Shown here: positions 8,972 to 13,736 of the stretch, piece by piece | How the letters are laid out: each line of letters opens with the position of its first letter | Position numbering within the stretch: the stretch's first letter is position 1 | From: Octopus sinensis | Lineage: Eukaryota | NCBI RefSeq assembly: GCF_006345805.1 | Contig: NW_021826143.1 | Coordinates: 1-13,736 of the forward strand | DNA: 13,736 bases | Direction: 5' to 3' | The notes under the pieces: generated by a model | Told to the model about the DNA's origin: nothing | Seen by the model: the letters and a program-made list of their open reading frames with translations, nothing else | Database searches by the model: none | Made by a program: the position numbers and the translations under genes

Positions 8972-9003
8972 ATTGTTGTTGCTATTGCTGGTGTTGTTGT
9001 TGC

Positions 9004-9034
<31 letters not shown>

Positions 9035-9134
9035 CGTCGTCGTGGTGGTGTAGTTATTATTACCATCAGCCTTGTTGTTGCTGCTGTTGTTTATGTTGAT
9101 GATCATGATGTTGATGATACGACGACGACGATGA

Positions 9135-9168
<34 letters not shown>

Positions 9169-9425
9169 GGAGGTGATGGTGATGATGATGTTAATGTCGA
9201 TGATGATGTTGATGATGATGATGATGATGATGATGATGTTGATGTTGATGATGATGATGATGACGATGATGATGATGATGATGATGACGACGATGATGGT
9301 CATGTTATTGATCACTATGATGATGACAACATTGACGATGGCGATGGTGATGACGATGATGATGATGATGATATGATGATGATGATGACGATGATGATGA
9401 TGATGATGATGACGACGAAGACGAT
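8972..9425. repeat. (GTT)n/(GGT)n/(GAT)n compound trinucleotide array
   Basis: Read directly; source of the poly-M/V ORF 8945..9376. Confidence 0.92.
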
Positions 9426-9642
9426 AGTGTTATCGCCGAAATCAAGGTATCAAATTTTTGAGAGCCGACCATAGCTTCTTTTTCTAAGACAGAAACAGAG
9501 GGTTTGAAAAATTTTTGATTTCAATTTTCATTTTTCACTTACGACACAAGAAGCCGAGTTATATAAAAGAATTGGGAGAAAGCATTTTAAATTTAAAAAA
9601 AAAAGACAATACTTAGAAAATAACGAACAACAATAAAAATAA

Positions 9643-9789
<147 letters not shown>

Positions 9790-10837
9790 ACAATTTAATA
9801 AATAACTGGTTTTTACAATAAATACATTTATTTGGAAACTGAAGAAGTGGAGGTTTGCATCTTCGGGGAGATTGATATAAAGTGAAAGAGGGGTCTTAAA
9901 ACTCGCGAACAAATCAAGCAAAATCTACATAAAAATAGAATAAAGAAACAGCTGTTTATATTTCGCATATTATCTCTAATCCGCTTTTGTTTTTCAGGTA
10001 TTTACCCATTCGTTATCATTCTCCACATCTTCTCCACCATCACCACAAGAACCAACAAGAAATAAAAATTAAAAAAAAAAAACAGAACAAAAAATTCTGA
10101 ATTTAGTTGCGTTATGTTTTTTTGTTTAATTTTTCTTTGATTTTTATCTCTCTTTTTGTTTTTGTTTAATTGATATTGTTTGATAATATTCTCGTAGTGT
10201 GGAGATTCATTTTGGAGGAGTTCAGATAACCCTTTCCTTCCACCGTCTCCGTCGTCAACCTCCTTCGTCCTACTTCATCGTTCTACTCCTACTCCCACTC
10301 CTACTATTCCCTCTTCTTCCTACTCTTTCTCCTCCTCTTCCTGCTCCTCCCAACAGCAGCCAGCACTCCAGTAGACATTGCTAGCTATCGGTTGTAAAAA
10401 CAACGCTATTTAAATTATCTGCTGCGCAGAACAAAGATGGTGTTCTCTTGATATAATGCAGTGTAAAAGCAAAAATAAAATTCGTTGACAGAAAATAAGA
10501 AATTAAATGGAAAAAAGGCCGTTATAATTATATTTCAAAAATGATCGATGTCAACGCTTTGTGTTTTCCTTTTAAATTCTATCTCTCCCCGACTTACAGA
10601 AACATCGCTTCGTCTGTGAATCTATGCGTGTGTGTGTGTGGTTTTATATATATTTTTCATTAAATATCTTCCAAAAAAGAAGGAACTGCTTTCTAATAAA
10701 CAAACCCCATTGCTGGAATTTAGATTTCAATAACACTAGTTGTTACATGTTGAACCTTATAAAATTCTAGCATATTCTTTTTACTTTTAAATTTGCAGAT
10801 TCTGCATGTTAATTTGCTTGTTAGCCATTTTCCTGCA

Positions 10838-10870
10838 AAATCTCGGGCCTTGTGCCTAGAGTAGAAAAGA
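10838..10870 (+). mobile_element. Isolated 3'-terminal ~33 bp of family-1 tail B (heavily 5'-truncated insertion)
   Basis: aaatctcgggccttgtgcctagagtagaaaaga vs reverse complement of 3523-3555, aaatttccggccttgtgcctagtgtagaaaaga: 30/33 identical. Confidence 0.75.
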
Positions 10871-11289
10871 CCATATATTCTCATCAATACCTTGGTATTT
10901 GTAGTACTCGCTGTATTGCAGAGAGGAAATAGAAATGCTACTGATGCAAAGGTTTTGGATTCCACGAAATTTTCCCAAGTTCAATTTTTCAATACGAACA
11001 TTTCTTTTCGACCATTTCACCCTTCAGCTTTCCATCACCGCACCCAAGACATTTCAACTTCGCTACTTCACTCAGTGACGGATATCATTTGCATGTATAG
11101 TGTGCCTTTTCTCTTTCTCTCTTTCTCTTCTGTTATCAAAAAGAACATCAGGCATTCTATAAATCACAGGTATCTTTGATAGTTTTCCTTTTAAGATATT
11201 TCAATTGAAGTCAGCAAGTCAATTAGCAAAAGAAACAGCAGTTCATTGGTGTCTGCGTGTGTGTGTGTATACGTATATGTGTATACATG

Positions 11290-11307
11290 AATGTGTCTAT
11301 ATCTATC

Positions 11308-11355
<48 letters not shown>
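11290..11355. repeat. (AT)n microsatellite
   Basis: Read directly from the sequence. Confidence 0.9.
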
Positions 11356-11358
<3 letters not shown>

Positions 11359-11453
11359 TTTGCCTCACCACACACCGAATTTAGAATAGGCAGACAAAGA
11401 GTTGCCATAACTCTTGACTGCTATTTCTAAATTCGGTGTTGTGGTGAGGCAAA
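11359..11453. other. 95-nt near-perfect inverted repeat (45-nt arms, 5-nt loop)
   Basis: Left arm tttgcctcaccacacaccgaatttagaataggcagacaaagagtt; right arm reverse complement tttgcctcaccacaacaccgaatttagaaatagcagtcaagagtt; about 42 pairs; loop gccat. Confidence 0.95.
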
Positions 11454-11529
11454 TCGTTGCTAAACCCTTAATTACTTAGTATTACTTAAAACTTCCCTGA
11501 ATGGGGCTTTTACATGCCGAAATCTACTT

Positions 11530-11568
11530 GGTGAAATTAATGATTATTCCAAATTAATTAATTTCACC
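11530..11568. other. 12-bp perfect inverted repeat with 15-nt spacer
   Basis: ggtgaaattaat (11530-11541) and attaatttcacc (11557-11568). Confidence 0.85.
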
Positions 11569-11628
11569 CTATATTATTATTGATATATATATACATGTAT
11601 ATGAGTATATATGTATATATACGCACAC

Positions 11629-11660
<32 letters not shown>

Positions 11661-11666
11661 GCACGC

Positions 11667-12083
11667 GTAGCTTGCTTACCAACCACATGGTTCCGGGTTC
11701 AGTCCCACTGCGTGGCACCTTGGGGAAGTGTCTTCTACTGTAGCCTCGGGCTGACCAAACCCTTGTGAGTGGATTTGGTAGACGGAAACTGAAATAAGAG
11801 CCCATCGTATATATGTATATATATATATATGTATATGTATGTGTGTGTATATATTTGTGTGTCTGTGTTTGCTCCCCCGCACCCCCACAACATCGCGTGA
11901 CAACCGATGCTGGTGTGTTTACGTCCCCGTAAATTAGCGATTTGGCAAAAGAGACCGATAGGATAAGTACTAGGCTTACAAAGAATAAGTCCTGGGGTCG
12001 ATTTGCTCGACTAAAAGGGCGGTGCTCCAGCATGGCCACAGTCAAATGACTGAAACAAGTAAAAGAGTAAAAGATTAAAAGAA
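11667..12083 (+). mobile_element. SINE family 2, 5'-truncated (A box missing), CORE-like domain, internal AT/GT microsatellite and 8-mer tandem tail
   Basis: B-box-like gggttcagtccc (11695-11706); accttggggaagtgtctt..gcctcgg resembles the CORE/MIR motif ACCTTGGGCAAGTCACTT..GCCTCAG (from memory); internal microsatellite ~11807-11862; tail taaaagag taaaagat taaaagaa. Confidence 0.8.
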
Positions 12084-12419
12084 TATATAAAGAGGAGAGG
12101 GAGAGAAGAGAAACAGAGAGAAATGCACACGCATGTATACATATATGTATGCATGTATACATGCATTATATACATACATACATACATACATACATACGAT
12201 ATAAATCATGAGAGGGGTGATTTGTGGATAAGGAAATGGTGTAATGTAGGTCGAAAGTATAAACAGAACATTGTCATCCCAAACCCAAACCATCCAGCCA
12301 ACCCCTAATTTTGAAGACTTGGTGCGGCCATTTTATCGAACCTCATTTCACACCAATTTGCATAGTTCTTATATTCTATGTCAGTATTCGAATTCTCTTC
12401 ATATCATTTTAGTTCTATT

Positions 12420-12520
12420 TTCTCTCGCTCCTCCTATCATTCCCTCTTTCTCATCCCCTCTCTCTCTCTCTCTCTCTCCCTTTCTATCACCCCCTTCTAT
12501 CTCTCTCTCATTCTCTCTCG
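12420..12520. repeat. CT-rich polypyrimidine microsatellite
   Basis: Read directly from the sequence. Confidence 0.85.
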
Positions 12521-12551
12521 TTACCAACAATAAGTTGTTGCTGTTGATGTT

Positions 12552-12945
12552 TGTTTGTTGAGCGAAGCAGTCTTCGTCCCAGAGCTCGCAAGATCGCGCC
12601 TCTGTAGTGGGAGAAGTCCGAAACGTGGTCCTTTGCTATTCGTAAGACCCGCAGAAGAGAGAGTAGGTCAACCCCCAACACCGAGAGCATCGACGGATGG
12701 ATGAATGCGCATCCACGCTCAGCGCTTGCGTAGGAAGTCGGGGACGAGAAACAGGAAGAAAGAGTGAGAGAAAGTTGGAGCGAAAGAGTACAACAGGGGT
12801 CGCCACCACCCCCTGCCGGAGCCTCGTGGAGCTTTAGGTGTTTTCGCTCAATAAACACACACAACGCCCGGTCTGGGAATCGAAACCGCGATCCTCCAAC
12901 GACCGCGAGTCCGCTGCCCTAACCACTGGGCCATTCCGCCTTCAC
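12552..12945 (-). mobile_element. SINE family 3, full-length tRNA-derived element with a perfect 13-bp TSD
   Basis: Sense head gtgaaggcggaa TGGCCCAGTGG ttagggcagcggac (A box, + strand 12923-12933); B-box-like ggtttcgattcc (12876-12887); caacaaaca tail; tgctgttgatgtt at both 12539-12551 and 12946-12958. Confidence 0.9.
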
Positions 12946-13179
12946 TGCTGTTGATGTTGGTGTTGATGTTGATGATGATGATGAATATAATAATCAGGAT
13001 GACGGCCACGACGACCACGATGATAATGATCTTGTTCTTAATGTCGTCAGCGCTTCGTTGACATTACGAACTGCGATTAACCAAACAGTGTTTTGTTCGG
13101 CTTTTCTCACCTTACATATTAATCGCCACCAGGGAGGAAAATCTGCCCAAAATGTATTTCTAGGTGTGAGTGTGTCTGG

Positions 13180-13187
13180 GCGCGCGC

Positions 13188-13226
<39 letters not shown>

Positions 13227-13231
13227 CGCAC
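13180..13231. repeat. (GC)n(GT)n alternating purine-pyrimidine tract
   Basis: gcgcgcgcgcg followed by (tg)16 and tatacgcac, without a break in alternation. Confidence 0.9.
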
Positions 13232-13429
13232 TCACTCATTCATATGCATATACATCTGTATATACTTAGCAATATATATGTAAATATATATGCATACATA
13301 CACATCTACAAAAATATACACACACAAAACACACTTAGATATTCACACACACACACACACGCAGATACTTACCCAACCACTCACACACTCAGACTCACAC
13401 ATGCACACACACAAACGTATAAATATTTG

Positions 13430-13449
13430 TATATAGCTGTGTGCGTGTG

Positions 13450-13481
<32 letters not shown>

Positions 13482-13507
13482 CATGTGTGCGTGTATATAT
13501 ACAGATG

Positions 13508-13545
<38 letters not shown>

Positions 13546-13687
13546 TAAATATATATATATACATACATATATATATATTATATATATGTGTGTGTGTGTG
13601 CGTGAGTGTATAAGAATATACAATGAAAGACGCAAGATGGAGTATACGAGAATTTATTATATATATATACACACATACATATATATG

Positions 13688-13736
<49 letters not shown>
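13430..13736. repeat. Compound (AT)n/(GT)n low-complexity tract
   Basis: Read directly from the sequence. Confidence 0.9.

Noticed and set aside
9118-9446. Acidic poly-Asp exon ending ..DDSVIAEIK|gt
   Set aside because: Interrupted by a 2-bp shift and a TGA at 9369-9371; no credible acceptor; sequence is (GAT)n.
10198-10374. Ser/Pro/Thr-rich 58-codon frame after ctcgtag (CGDSFWRSSDNPFLPP..)
   Set aside because: Composition follows from a CCT/TCT-rich low-complexity tract; no recognisable homology.
10600-10620. KHRFVCE after a pyrimidine tract and AG, like a C-type lectin C-terminus
   Set aside because: Seven residues only; runs into (GT)n; none of the rest of the domain is present.

Overview
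AT-rich, repeat-dominated eukaryotic non-coding DNA (intronic or intergenic). The very long compound microsatellites and the SINE families suggest an octopus or other coleoid cephalopod; this is recognition from memory, not a search result. I can support no protein-coding gene: nearly all ORFs in the track are translations of (AT)n, (TATG)n, (AAT)n or (GAT)n repeats or of SINE sequence. Three tRNA-type SINE families are present. Family 1 has about 16 copies or fragments packed into 3491-6800, all but one on the minus strand. It includes a 5-unit head-to-tail array (4530-5491) bounded by a probable target-site duplication (TSD), with alternating A/B units and a mosaic patch. Family 2 is a 5'-truncated, CORE-like element (11667-12083). 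Family 3 is a full-length element with a perfect 13-bp TSD (12552-12945). The most notable unexplained structure is a 95-nt near-perfect fold-back at 11359-11453. I found no convincing new multi-gene system. The best leads are SINE multimerisation at fixed junctions, the long hairpin, and a hairpin module shared by two SINE families.
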